From Amphiscolops sp. MND2022 (Eukaryota): 64,000 nt of DNA. Below are positions 25,101 to 34,832 of the stretch, one piece after another. The notes beneath the pieces were generated by a model. The model was not told where the DNA came from. It made no database searches and saw only the letters and a list, made by a program, of their open reading frames with translations. The first letter of the stretch is position 1; every line of letters starts with the position of its first letter. The stretch is from assembly GCA_964187785.1 (NCBI GenBank), contig OZ076409.1, positions 58,716,001 through 58,780,000 on the forward strand, written 5' to 3'. Both the position numbers and the translations under genes were made by a program.

Positions 25101-25972
25101 ATCAAATAATAAAAAGACAATCCAAGTTAAGTTTCAAAGGCATTGTGGATCATTATTCTAAGTTTAGTGTGTACAAGTTTGATAAAGAAAAAACAGTCTT
25201 TGATAAACCAATTTACTTGGGATTCTCTGTTTTAGAACTGAGTAAGTTGTTAATGTATGAGTTTTATTATCATACTTTAGAACCATATTGGCAAAATAAA
25301 GTTCAACTACACTACATGGATACTGATTCTTTCATACTTAGTTTTAATGCTAACAATCGAGAACTAAGAAACTTTTTACAAGAAAACAAAGATGAATTTG
25401 ATTTCAGTGAATTAGTTAAATCTCATGAATTTTATGATCCTATTAACAAAAAAGTTATAGGAAAAATGAAAATTGAAACAAGTCCAGTTTTGGTGTTAGA
25501 TACATTCACAGCATTGCGATCAAAGTCATATTCTTTCAGTTACAATAATCCGAATGGTATCACTCAAAAAGCGAAACAAAAAGGAATACAAAAAGCTCCC
25601 AAATGTGAAGAATATCAAAATTCATTGTTTAATTCAGAATCATCAAGTTCTACAAATATATCAATTAGATCTAATTTACACAACCTTACAGTTGAAAAAC
25701 AAAACAAACTAGCTTTGAATCCTTTTGACGATAAACGTTTGTATATAAATCCAATACAAAGTTTACCATGGGATAAACACACACAAAAAGGCGATTGTCC
25801 ATGTATATATTGTTTGAAATTAATTGGTTTGTATTATAAAGATTTAACTATAAATGTTGACGGTAGCAAGAAAACAGATGAAGAAATATATTGGAGTGTT
25901 TGGTATTGGAAACAAGCACTCACCCATCAACAACTTGTGAAGTTGATAAGTGATCGAGCACATGTTTTATAA
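22184..25972 (+). pseudogene. Protein-primed family B DNA polymerase (pPolB) with N-terminal zinc fingers and an endonuclease VII-like insert; two in-frame TAA stops
   Basis: The three track ORFs share one frame, separated by TAA at 23057 (FPMKV*DFPKFE) and 24257 (DVL*LADVFENF). Motifs: VYADFEC, FHNFSGYD, YIDANNLYGWAM, KLMNNAFFGK, YMDTDS; insert CWLC..VRDHDHLTGKYRGAAHNICN. Confidence 0.93.
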
Positions 25973-26097
25973 AAATAAATATTTAATTTTTTATTTATAT
26001 TTATAATTATTATCATTTGATAAAAATAAGTATATTATTTTATAAATTTATTTATCATATCAGCAAAGCTGTATTAATATATTTAAATTATATTTAT

Positions 26098-27325
26098 TCA
26101 TAATAAATCAAAATGCCTTTGTCCATCACTACTGATACTTATCAGCTTGGGTGTTAGGACTAGGGCATAAGCTATATAATCTGCTACATTAATGGCAGCA
26201 TTAAATTTGAATTCTAATCTAATAGGTTGACTCCCGATGGGGTCTTTTTGTTTGGATAAATCAAATACATAGAAATAATAATTTGTCCTGAATTTATGCA
26301 AATCAATAAATGGATTGAGTAGATTAGTTTCACTTTTTAACAAATAGAAGTTTTCAATTTCACTGTATGCTTGATCATATTTATCTCTATCATAATCACA
26401 TTCTATTCCATCATCTGGATACTTTTCTGATCCTATTTTACAAACAGCATTTGAAACAGGTAAACGATCAAATACTGCATTATCATGTGTTTGTGAATCA
26501 ATTTTATTTCTAGCTTGAAAAGCAACAATTACAAAAGTTGGTGTTGATTCTCCACTATTACCTAATTCAAATGTCCAATTATTATTCGTGTTAACATCTT
26601 TTCTAAATACAATCCGTTCCATGTAAAATAATTCAGTTGGATCTTTGTCTAATATTTGATCCATCACGAGTTGTTGGTTTTCCATTGATGGTGTGTAGTG
26701 TGGAATATGCCAGGAGATGTCTTTTATATTTATTTTTGCAGCAGTAATCGCATTGTCCCTGATAATAGGATCATTATTATTATTTCGTTTTAATGTGAGA
26801 CTGTAACCCAATCCATAAGTTATTTTTTCTTGATCAGCGAATCCAATCAAGTCTTTGTTTTATTCTCACAAAAAAGGTTCCTTTCTCTGTCTTATTGTTA
26901 GTTAGTTCTTGTCTTCTGATAGTACTACTTTCTTCAAACCCATACATCAATTGAGAAGTTTGTTGAGTGTTAGTTAAAAGTTTAATCATTAAAGAGATGG
27001 GGTGCAAATTGTCAACTTTTTCTAGGTGTTTTCCCGAACTTGTTGTCAGCTTAGCTTCACTAAATAAAGCAACGGGTCCAAAATTAACAAAACTTATTTG
27101 ATCACCATCTGCATATCTTGTATCATCATTTTTAAGAACTTCAAATTCTAATGATATGTATGAGTTTTGTAAACAAATATATGCATCTTCTCTTGGGAAG
27201 ATGATGGAAATATTTGAATTATTATTGTTGATTGTAGCTAAACTACTAGGTGAGTATTGAATAAAATCAATTTTATGAATAGGTTTATCCATAGCATATT
27301 TATTTTTCAATGAGAATAATTCCAT
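26098..27325 (-). pseudogene. Major capsid protein (double jelly-roll type), one frameshift near 26855
   Basis: Joined reading is ~409 aa and beta-rich: ...SYISLEFEV...VNFGPVALFSEAKL.../DLIGFAD...ISWHIPHYTP...PTFVIVAFQ...FYVFDLSKQ...IRLEFKF. Motifs, size and context are typical of Polinton MCP. Confidence 0.8.
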
Positions 27326-27451
27326 TTTTATAGAAAAAAAATTCAATTTTTTCTGCACAAACTTTTAGTTTGCAAACCTTTGGTTTGTATAGAAAAAACA
27401 TTTATGATGATGATTTAAATTTTATATTTATTTCATTTTTACTAAATAAAT

Positions 27452-27973
27452 TTATCCTAAAAAAGTAAACTCAGAATTTAGTTTAGTTTTGTTCGTTTTG
27501 TACACATCGTAAGTTTGTTTTAATTTGTTGTATTCATTCAGATCAATTTTATTGTCTTCTAAACATTTTGAATGTAGTTTTTGGTAGCCGTGTAGTGTTC
27601 TACCAGCAAGAGTATATTTTTTAATATTGTGTTGTTCTTTTCTTTTCAGATACTCGTTAAGAATTTTACTGATTATACATAAACCTGCACCTATACCACT
27701 TGCTATAGGTACAACAACAAGTCCAACTCCTGTGGCACTCAACGTGACACATGTTGATGATACTGCTAGTACTGAAACTCCATCAATAGATTGAATTAAA
27801 CCGTTTATAATTTTATATATTTTACATTTCTTCTTATACTTTTTAGCTTCATGATTATAAAAATTTTGAATATCTTTTATATTTTGAATTGAATTGTTAA
27901 AACTATTTATTTCTTTCAATCTAAGATCAAGATTATCTGATTCACGTAAACAAGGATACAATTTTTCACTCAT
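27452..27973 (-). CDS. Polinton membrane protein, 173 aa (N-terminal LYPxL, coiled coil, Gly/small-residue-rich hydrophobic hairpin)
   Basis: Intact ORF with TAAATG start; hydrophobic stretch GVSVLAVSSTCVTLSATGVGLVVVPIASGIGAGLCII. Confidence 0.75.
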   Translation of the reverse strand: MSEKLYPCLRESDNLDLRLKEINSFNNSIQNIKDIQNFYNHEAKKYKKKCKIYKIINGLIQSIDGVSVLAVSSTCVTLSATGVGLVVVPIASGIGAGLCIISKILNEYLKRKEQHNIKKYTLAGRTLHGYQKLHSKCLEDNKIDLNEYNKLKQTYDVYKTNKTKLNSEFTFLG

Positions 27974-27997
27974 TTAATTTTAAATAAAAACTTAATT

Positions 27998-28711
27998 TTA
28001 GTTTTCAAAAAGTATGAAATTTATCTCAGTATCGGTTAGTTTCATTCTATATTTAAGGTCAACTATATCTTTGTATTCATCTTTCTTTAAGCACTTCACG
28101 ATATCTTCTCGCGTTGAATAGTCTAAATCAGATAAATAATACACACCATCTGATGTCTTTATTTCTGTTCCGTATTTTTCCAACAAGTATTCATCACTAA
28201 AATATAAGTACTCATTAAAGATTTGGTCTTTATTTTCAAATGAGTCAAACAATCCTTTGTTGTACAATAGTTGTATAACATCTTTGATGGTTTGATTTTT
28301 ACATTTTTCCAATTCCGAAATAAGGTTTCTCTCAAAATGATTACGTAAAATGGTTAGTTGTTCTTCCACTAACTTGGCAGCATCCAAAATAATTTCTTTC
28401 TTCTTTTCTAAAAATTTGTTTTTAACATCTTGTTCTAAATATTTCAAATTTATTTTTATATCTTCTATACTCTTGTTAATGTCTAAGAATAACTTTGCAT
28501 TGACTACGATTTGTGTTTCATCGTTGATAAATTGAATTTCTTCTATGTTTTGCAAGTTATTGAACTTTTTTAATTTATCACCAAAGGTGCTTTGTAAATC
28601 ATTAAGTTTTATATTAATTAATTTGGTTTGTGATTCAAACTCTTTTTCTAAATTCTCAATCTTATCTTTTTGTAAGCTTTCGGCACTATAACCGAATTTA
28701 TGAATTGACAT
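27998..28711 (-). CDS. Polinton hypothetical coiled-coil protein, 237 aa
   Basis: Intact ORF tightly packed between neighbours; K/E/L-rich heptad pattern. Confidence 0.7.
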   Translation of the reverse strand: MSIHKFGYSAESLQKDKIENLEKEFESQTKLINIKLNDLQSTFGDKLKKFNNLQNIEEIQFINDETQIVVNAKLFLDINKSIEDIKINLKYLEQDVKNKFLEKKKEIILDAAKLVEEQLTILRNHFERNLISELEKCKNQTIKDVIQLLYNKGLFDSFENKDQIFNEYLYFSDEYLLEKYGTEIKTSDGVYYLSDLDYSTREDIVKCLKKDEYKDIVDLKYRMKLTDTEINFILFEN

Positions 28712-28728
28712 TATTTATATAAATATAT

Positions 28729-29622
28729 TCACTCATTTTGATGGAAAATATTCATACTTTCTAACGTTTTGTTGTTAGATTCAAAGTTGAATACACTTCT
28801 TAAAAGTTCTTGTTCATAATATTTTCCTTCTATTTGTTCGTTGTTTTCATCTACTAAACCATACGTAACTGGGTTAGTTAGATTAATTTTATGTATTTTC
28901 AAAAGTTCTCTATTCCAATTTGTTGTATAACCTTTACTATATAAATTGCGTTTATCAGGAACTCTTACATAGTCTCCCATTTGGAATTTGGGTTGTTTAC
29001 GCAAAGCGCCCTCGGTGTTTTTAAACTTATTACGCAGAGCGCCTTCGGTATTGTTAGGTATTAGTTTTTGATTAGTTGACATTTCAAAAGGTGTCATCTT
29101 AATAGTTCCATGGACACGATTATTATATTTTTCCAAAGCAGTATCAAGGTGATTCAACCAACAAGCTTTACCCTCAATATACATTGGTTCCTTAATTAAG
29201 TCCAGAAGTGTTCTATTGAAACGTTCAACAAAAACAGCTTTTAAATCTGAATTAGTTGAATAAATTTGAATGTTTTGCTCTTTTAAATAGTGTAAAAATG
29301 TTGTGTTGTAAAACTCTTTACCTCTATCACTCAATATTTTGTGTGGTTTTCTCTTCTCTTTTTCGATAAGACTTTTAAATGCAGTTGTTGTACTTTTTCC
29401 TGATTTATCTTCAAGAGGAATTGCCCATGCATACTTAGTATGATTGTCAATTATTGTGAAAATAAACTTGTAGTTCTTATTATATTTTGATAAGCTAGAT
29501 CTGTCTATCAAATCAATACTCCAACACTCATCTTTATAATGGGGAATTATTTTAATACGATCAAACTTTTTAATTACAGGAGAGAATATTTCTTTAGCAA
29601 TTTCTTTCTTCTTTTCACTCAT
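28729..29622 (-). CDS. Retroviral-type (rve) DDE integrase, 297 aa
   Basis: WSIDLID...IIDNHTKYAWAIPL...ILSDRGKEF...KAVFVERFNRTL, then C-terminal GDYVRV...KGYTTNW; ORF intact; fits the 6-bp TSD. Confidence 0.95.
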   Translation of the reverse strand: MSEKKKEIAKEIFSPVIKKFDRIKIIPHYKDECWSIDLIDRSSLSKYNKNYKFIFTIIDNHTKYAWAIPLEDKSGKSTTTAFKSLIEKEKRKPHKILSDRGKEFYNTTFLHYLKEQNIQIYSTNSDLKAVFVERFNRTLLDLIKEPMYIEGKACWLNHLDTALEKYNNRVHGTIKMTPFEMSTNQKLIPNNTEGALRNKFKNTEGALRKQPKFQMGDYVRVPDKRNLYSKGYTTNWNRELLKIHKINLTNPVTYGLVDENNEQIEGKYYEQELLRSVFNFESNNKTLESMNIFHQNE

Positions 29623-29636
29623 TTATTTCCTAATAA

Positions 29637-30647
29637 ATGAATAAAAAATTATATATAGGTTTATTATGTGTAATCTTTATTATAGTTTTATATATTTATT
29701 GGTATTATATTAAACCTAATTATTATAAAAAATTATACCAAAAACTAAAACAATTCAAGGGATTTAAATATTCTCATTTAACTAACAAAGAAGAAGAACA
29801 AGAACTTACTCCACCAAACACAAGTACAAATAGTCACTTTTTGGTGTATGGTACTAGTGGATCAGGTAAGACTAGTTTCCTTAAGTATTATTTAAATCAA
29901 ACTAAAACAAATTTTATAGTATTCGGTAGAGATGAAAATGAGTTTAAAGATAATTATATACCTTTGTTACAGTTAGAAAATATTGAAATAGAGAAACTCG
30001 CTAATAGAACTATAATTTTAGATGATGCAGGAGCATTCAAACAACTCAGAACTAAAGTAGAAGACTTATTTCGGTTTGGTAGACACAATAATATACAAGT
30101 TATATACCTTGCTCACTATGCAAAGGATGTTCTCCCAATAGTGAGAGAGAATTGTTTTAAATTATATATCACAATAAATAATCCAGATAGTTTCTTTGAA
30201 ACCATAATACAAACTTATTCAATCAAAGAAGATCTCAAATGGAAACAATATCGTAGTCAGTTAGAATTTGGTGTAATTGAATTTGATACTAGATCACAAA
30301 AGTATAAAATACTCAATCAAAAGTATCAACTAATCTACGATACAACTAAACATAAATGGAGTCCTGAGGATTATGTAAAGTATGAAAGTTATTTCTTTAC
30401 AGGTGAAGAATATAATAAACTTAAAATATTCCTAGAAGATATGTCAGATCAAACAATTGAAATAACACCTTTTAATGTAGCTTTTTATTATGTATATTAT
30501 TGTAAACAAAATAAAATAAAAGTGAATGAATCTAAAATAGACAATTACGTTGAACGCATGCAACAACCATTAATTTCAGATCAACTTAAAGAGGAATTTA
30601 AGAAAATTATAATTGATCAAGCAATCAGGTTTAGTAAAAGTAATTAA
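29637..30647 (+). CDS. A32/FtsK-HerA-like ATPase 1 with N-terminal transmembrane helix, 336 aa
   Basis: LYIGLLCVIFIIVLYIYWYYI; Walker A GTSGSGKT; Walker B IILDD; FRFGRHNNIQVIYLAH. Confidence 0.85.
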   Translation: MNKKLYIGLLCVIFIIVLYIYWYYIKPNYYKKLYQKLKQFKGFKYSHLTNKEEEQELTPPNTSTNSHFLVYGTSGSGKTSFLKYYLNQTKTNFIVFGRDENEFKDNYIPLLQLENIEIEKLANRTIILDDAGAFKQLRTKVEDLFRFGRHNNIQVIYLAHYAKDVLPIVRENCFKLYITINNPDSFFETIIQTYSIKEDLKWKQYRSQLEFGVIEFDTRSQKYKILNQKYQLIYDTTKHKWSPEDYVKYESYFFTGEEYNKLKIFLEDMSDQTIEITPFNVAFYYVYYCKQNKIKVNESKIDNYVERMQQPLISDQLKEEFKKIIIDQAIRFSKSN

Positions 30648-30664
30648 AAAATGGGTCTGATTTC

Positions 30665-30786
30665 TTAGTAAAAAATCACTAAGCAAATTCACTAAGAGCA
30701 TATATTTTTCACTAAGCAAATAAGGTTACACTTAAAACATCATGCTCTTAGTGAATTTGCTTAGTGATTTAGTGATTTTTTACTAA
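30665..30786. repeat. Intergenic inverted repeat with perfect 29-bp arms built from TCACTAA units
   Basis: aaatcactaagcaaattcactaagagcat (30673-30701) / atgctcttagtgaatttgcttagtgattt (30742-30770). Confidence 0.9.
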
Positions 30787-30790
30787 ATAA

Positions 30791-31744
30791 ATGAAGTGTA
30801 TAATTTGTGGAAAAAGTAATGAAAAATCTGTTTGCTCTGATTGTGAGAATAAAAAAAGATGTAAAGTGTGTAATATACTGAAAACAGATTTTTACAAATA
30901 TAGAAATGGTAAATTGTATAGTACATGTATAGAATGTTTCAATAAAAAAGTAAAATGTGAATTCTGTAATAAAGAATTCAATAAAACTTATTTATCAAAA
31001 CATTTAAAAAGATGTAATATCAATCATGATAATACAAATAATGAAAATATAAATCATAATGAAAATCATGATAATAATAATTATACAAATAATATTATTA
31101 CAAATGATGATACTGATAATAATGATAATATTATGTTCACCGGAGGCCAGCAAAGCTGTAATCGAACATTGATAGTTGGTCCATCATTTTGTGGTAAGAC
31201 CCATTTGTTATTAAACAAATTACAATTAATTCGTTTAGATAATCCTGAACAAAAGATATGTATCATTACGAGGAGTCCGGAACAATACAAAAAAATTGAA
31301 ATAGAAGATGTTTCAGTGGAAGAAGATTTAGGTGATAAAAGTATTCAAGATTTTCAAAATTGTTGTGTTGTATTTGATGATATGTTAGACTCCAATCAGA
31401 AATTAATAGATCTATTTTTTACTAGGGGAAGACATAATGATCTGGATGTTTAATATTTGTCACAGTCATATTTTGATTTACCTAAAAGAACAATTAGAAA
31501 CAATAGTAATATTATAATTTTATTTCAACAAACATTGAAAGATGTTGAACACATTTATAGAGACATAGCAGGTTTTGATATGTCTAATGATGAATTCAAA
31601 AGTTTATGCAGAGAAGCATGGCGGGATAATTATAATTATTTATTAATAAATAGGTTAGAAGATAAAAATGGGAGTAAGTATATGATATGTAATGAATCCA
31701 ATCTGCAATACCAGATATTTAATCCACAAACTGATCCTTTTTAG
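30791..31744 (+). pseudogene. A32-like packaging ATPase 2 with N-terminal Cys-rich zinc fingers; one in-frame TAA at 31451
   Basis: Repeated CxxC pairs; Walker A GPSFCGKT; Walker B VVFDD; FTRGRHNDLDV*YLSQSYFDLPKRTIRNN read in one frame. Confidence 0.88.
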
Positions 31745-32691
31745 TAAAAGTGCTTATAAGGTTTTTATGTTGATTTGTTGTAATACATTGGTATTGTAAA
31801 AGTTTATCTGCAATTGCTATGATTTGTTCACTAAGCATAGGATTATCATTTCCTCCTACTTTTTCAAAATAGAGTAGTTTTAATTGATCTACAAGCTCAT
31901 CAGGATCCGATGGAAGGAAGACATACTGATTAAATCCACTTCCTAATTGGGATAGTTGATAAGGAATATGTTGATATATGTATTGATTATTTAAATCTTT
32001 AATGAAATAATATCTCTTCGATTTTTTATCTCCATAATTTATATTATATTTCATATCATTCAAAAAAGAATAAATTTGATTCACGTTTTGTGGTTGCGTG
32101 TCTAGCTGTGCATTAGTTATAAAATATGAAAGATCCGGATCCTTCAAATTGTATTTGTTACCACTACTCAAGAAGGTTAGTGTATTATTTCTAATTAGTA
32201 CTTGTTGAGGATTAATAGGGTTAATTATGAATAAATTTGGATTACCTTCACCGAATTGCGTAACAGGTTCTAAACTAAATTGACTTTTGTTTTTGTCATT
32301 AAGCAAATTAGAAACTGTCTTGATTATAGTAGAATCAACTTGGTTGGAATTCACATGATCTGTAACAAGTTGATTATTACGGTAAGTAATTTCATCATAT
32401 TCTTTAATCGATTTTTGTAAATTTTTATTCAAAGCGTTACTCGATTCTCGTATTGCTTGTGTTGTAGTTTGAGTAGAATCACGTAACGCTTGTAATTGTT
32501 TTTCAGATTCTAGCTTGGTTTGGTTTTGACTTTTTCTGATTTTCAGTAACTGGTTCAAAAACTTCTTCCATATCATAATGAAAGTCTTGTTTCCCTAGGA
32601 GTTGTTTTAATCTTTCAGCTTTCAAAGAAGATTTTGTTTCTTGCATTTTTTTAAATTTTTCTAAATCATCTCGATTATGAATTGAATACAT
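31719..32691 (-). pseudogene. Conserved Polinton protein, frameshifted in an A-run near 32533
   Basis: N-part ...EEVFEPVT... joins C-part ...GSG...FLPSDPDELVDQLKLL...GGND...EQIIAI, a motif pair typical of Maverick uncharacterised ORFs. Confidence 0.65.
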
Positions 32692-32740
32692 AATTTATTA
32701 TTCATGAAAAATAATATTTAATTTACAGCTCGGCTGTAAA

Positions 32741-33142
32741 TCAATGAATTTTACCCAAGTACAGACCTTTTCCTTGATGAACAAATTTTATAATATCAGG
32801 AGCAGTTGCGGCTATCATTCGAGGATTTTTACTTGCTGCTGCAGTACCGATATTAGCTGCGAGTTCTAATGCTCTTCCAGGATTGTTTAAAATTTTCTTT
32901 CCGACATTCTTGGCGGCTTTTCCTATGCCTCGGAAAAAGTCACCTAATCCTTCTGCTTGTATAGTTTGATCAGATACTATAAGTGATTTATTTCTTTTAC
33001 AAGTTGAACAAGTACCTCTTAATAATTTAACAGCTGCTCCAGTTTTTTTATTTTGAGTAATATCTCCACGAATATTTGTGGTAGCGGAATAATGTTTTCC
33101 ACCAACACAATATGAATTATTTTTAAATTTATTAAAGCTCAT
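32741..33142 (-). CDS. Small basic protein, 133 aa: zinc-ribbon-like N-terminus plus amphipathic helix (putative core or membrane-lytic protein)
   Basis: YCVGGKH...GTCSTCKR, then QAEG-LGDFFRGIGKAAKNVGKKIL; C-terminal GKGLYL. Confidence 0.75.
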   Translation of the reverse strand: MSFNKFKNNSYCVGGKHYSATTNIRGDITQNKKTGAAVKLLRGTCSTCKRNKSLIVSDQTIQAEGLGDFFRGIGKAAKNVGKKILNNPGRALELAANIGTAAASKNPRMIAATAPDIIKFVHQGKGLYLGKIH

Positions 33143-33198
33143 TTATTAGAAAAAAATATTTATTTTTTTTCTAAGCAAACCTTTGGTTTGTATATATA

Positions 33199-34245
33199 TT
33201 AAATCTTGATGATTTGAATTGTAAATGTTAATGTCTCCCCGTTGAAATCAACTGGGTTATGATTGTTATCCTCAAGGAAAAATTGAATACTATCTAACCT
33301 TGTTTTGTTTATTTTTTTATACAAAATAATATTGGGTTCTTTTATAATTTTATATCCAGGAGGAGCACTAAGATTAAAAGAAAATAAAATTTGTTCTCTA
33401 ATCCCGTTAACAATTGATCCATCTACACAATCACATTTAAGATGAACTTTGTCTGTAGTTGTTATCATAACTGGTTTTTCTGATATATGAGTTCCTGCTG
33501 GATATTCCTTGTTTGTAAACCCTAAAAGTTTATTTAATTCTGAATTAAAATATATACCACTAGTAGTTGTTAAAACTGATTTCATTGATATTGTATCTGC
33601 TTCTATGTTGAGTTTAAAGTCAGAACTACCACCAGGTAAAGTACAACATTTAATAAGTTCTTGCTGGATGGTATTATTTATATCAACTAATTCATATGCT
33701 CCTGGTGGTAGTTCTATTTCAATGGAATCAGTTACAGATCCAATTCCAGAAATAACAATTGGTTTATCTTTAATGTGCAATGCACCTTCGGTATTCTGAT
33801 TAATTTGATCAATCATTTTCATCAAATAATCATAATCTGTTTTAGTAATAGTCTTAATTTCAGCATTATCATTAACTATAAGTTTTTTAATTTTTTCTAT
33901 ATCACCAGAGGTTTTATATAAATACTCAACATTTGTTACTAATTGAGTGTCAACATCATTTTCTTTTAACATTTTTTCTGTATAAAGAAGTTTAAATTTA
34001 TTGTTCTTCTCAGTAATGTTATAAACTGTATAATATACTTCTAAACTTGTTACTCCCATCATCCATTGTTCAGGTAAGTCTAGTGGAAAATAAAATGAAA
34101 AAGATTCTTTTTGTTTATTCATTTTAAATTCTAAAGTTTCTTGTGGTTTGGATAAGGTATTTTCAACAATATCCAAATTAGATTTTGCAATACTCAATAA
34201 AAGAGATTCTTTTTTATCATAGGTTACAAAATTTGATAGATCCAT
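33199..34245 (-). CDS. Minor capsid protein (penton, single jelly-roll), 348 aa
   Basis: PLDL..WMMGVTSLE...NITEKNNKF...LPPGAYELVDIN...KLLGF...HLKCDCVDGSIVNG...PPGYKI...DNNHNPVDFNGETLTFTIQI; typical Polinton mCP motif order. Confidence 0.85.
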   Translation of the reverse strand: MDLSNFVTYDKKESLLLSIAKSNLDIVENTLSKPQETLEFKMNKQKESFSFYFPLDLPEQWMMGVTSLEVYYTVYNITEKNNKFKLLYTEKMLKENDVDTQLVTNVEYLYKTSGDIEKIKKLIVNDNAEIKTITKTDYDYLMKMIDQINQNTEGALHIKDKPIVISGIGSVTDSIEIELPPGAYELVDINNTIQQELIKCCTLPGGSSDFKLNIEADTISMKSVLTTTSGIYFNSELNKLLGFTNKEYPAGTHISEKPVMITTTDKVHLKCDCVDGSIVNGIREQILFSFNLSAPPGYKIIKEPNIILYKKINKTRLDSIQFFLEDNNHNPVDFNGETLTFTIQIIKI

Positions 34246-34248
34246 TTA

Positions 34249-34431
34249 TTAGGAGAAAAATTGTTTAAATCCATTTGCGGATATCTTATTTATAAATTCT
34301 TGGTTTTGTTTTGATAATTTCTTTTTTGGATTATTTTTTTCTATTACTTTCTCATCAAATTGATTCTCATTGGTATTCATTGGTTTTTGAATAATTTTAA
34401 ATTGAGCTGAATAATTATTAATTTTCTTCAT
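34249..34431 (-). CDS. Small hypothetical protein, 60 aa
   Basis: Fills the gap between protease and mCP exactly and starts in TAAATG like its neighbours. Confidence 0.5.
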   Translation of the reverse strand: MKKINNYSAQFKIIQKPMNTNENQFDEKVIEKNNPKKKLSKQNQEFINKISANGFKQFFS

Positions 34432-34438
34432 TTAGGAA

Positions 34439-34832
34439 TTATAAATTTTGGTAGTATAAATTTAAAACTGCATTTTTGAAGCTAATTATATTTGTGGGAT
34501 AGAACACATACAAACAATAAGCTGCACAATAACTGTCGTCTTTCTGGATTTGATATTCTGAAAAGATACCATTATTAATTTGTTTTGTTATATTTAGTGG
34601 TGGTGGACAGCCATATGAATCGAAAGTTTTGGTTTGTAAACATAACCCAATGTGTTCCTTTAGTTGGATGTAAGTTAACTATACCACTGGTGGTTATAAA
34701 TTTATCATCTCTCATATATATTCTACAAGATGTGTTCATGAGTTTTAAGATTTCTTTTATTTCTACATTGGAAGTTGCTTCATTTTTTAATCCATATTTA
34801 TTAACAAATTCTTTGAATGATAAATAATTCAT
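34439..34832 (-). pseudogene. Adenain-like cysteine maturation protease, frameshift near 34626
   Basis: GIVNLHPTKGTHWV / FDSYGCPPP...YQIQKDDSYCAAYCLY gives the His-Asp-Gln-Cys catalytic set; stop at 34439-34441. Confidence 0.88.

Noticed and set aside
23057..31453. Three in-frame TAA codons in viral genes suggesting stop-codon reassignment or readthrough
   Set aside because: They fall where different residues are expected (likely K, Q/L and Y), TAA is also the normal terminator in this element, and frameshifts occur in other genes. Simple decay explains them.
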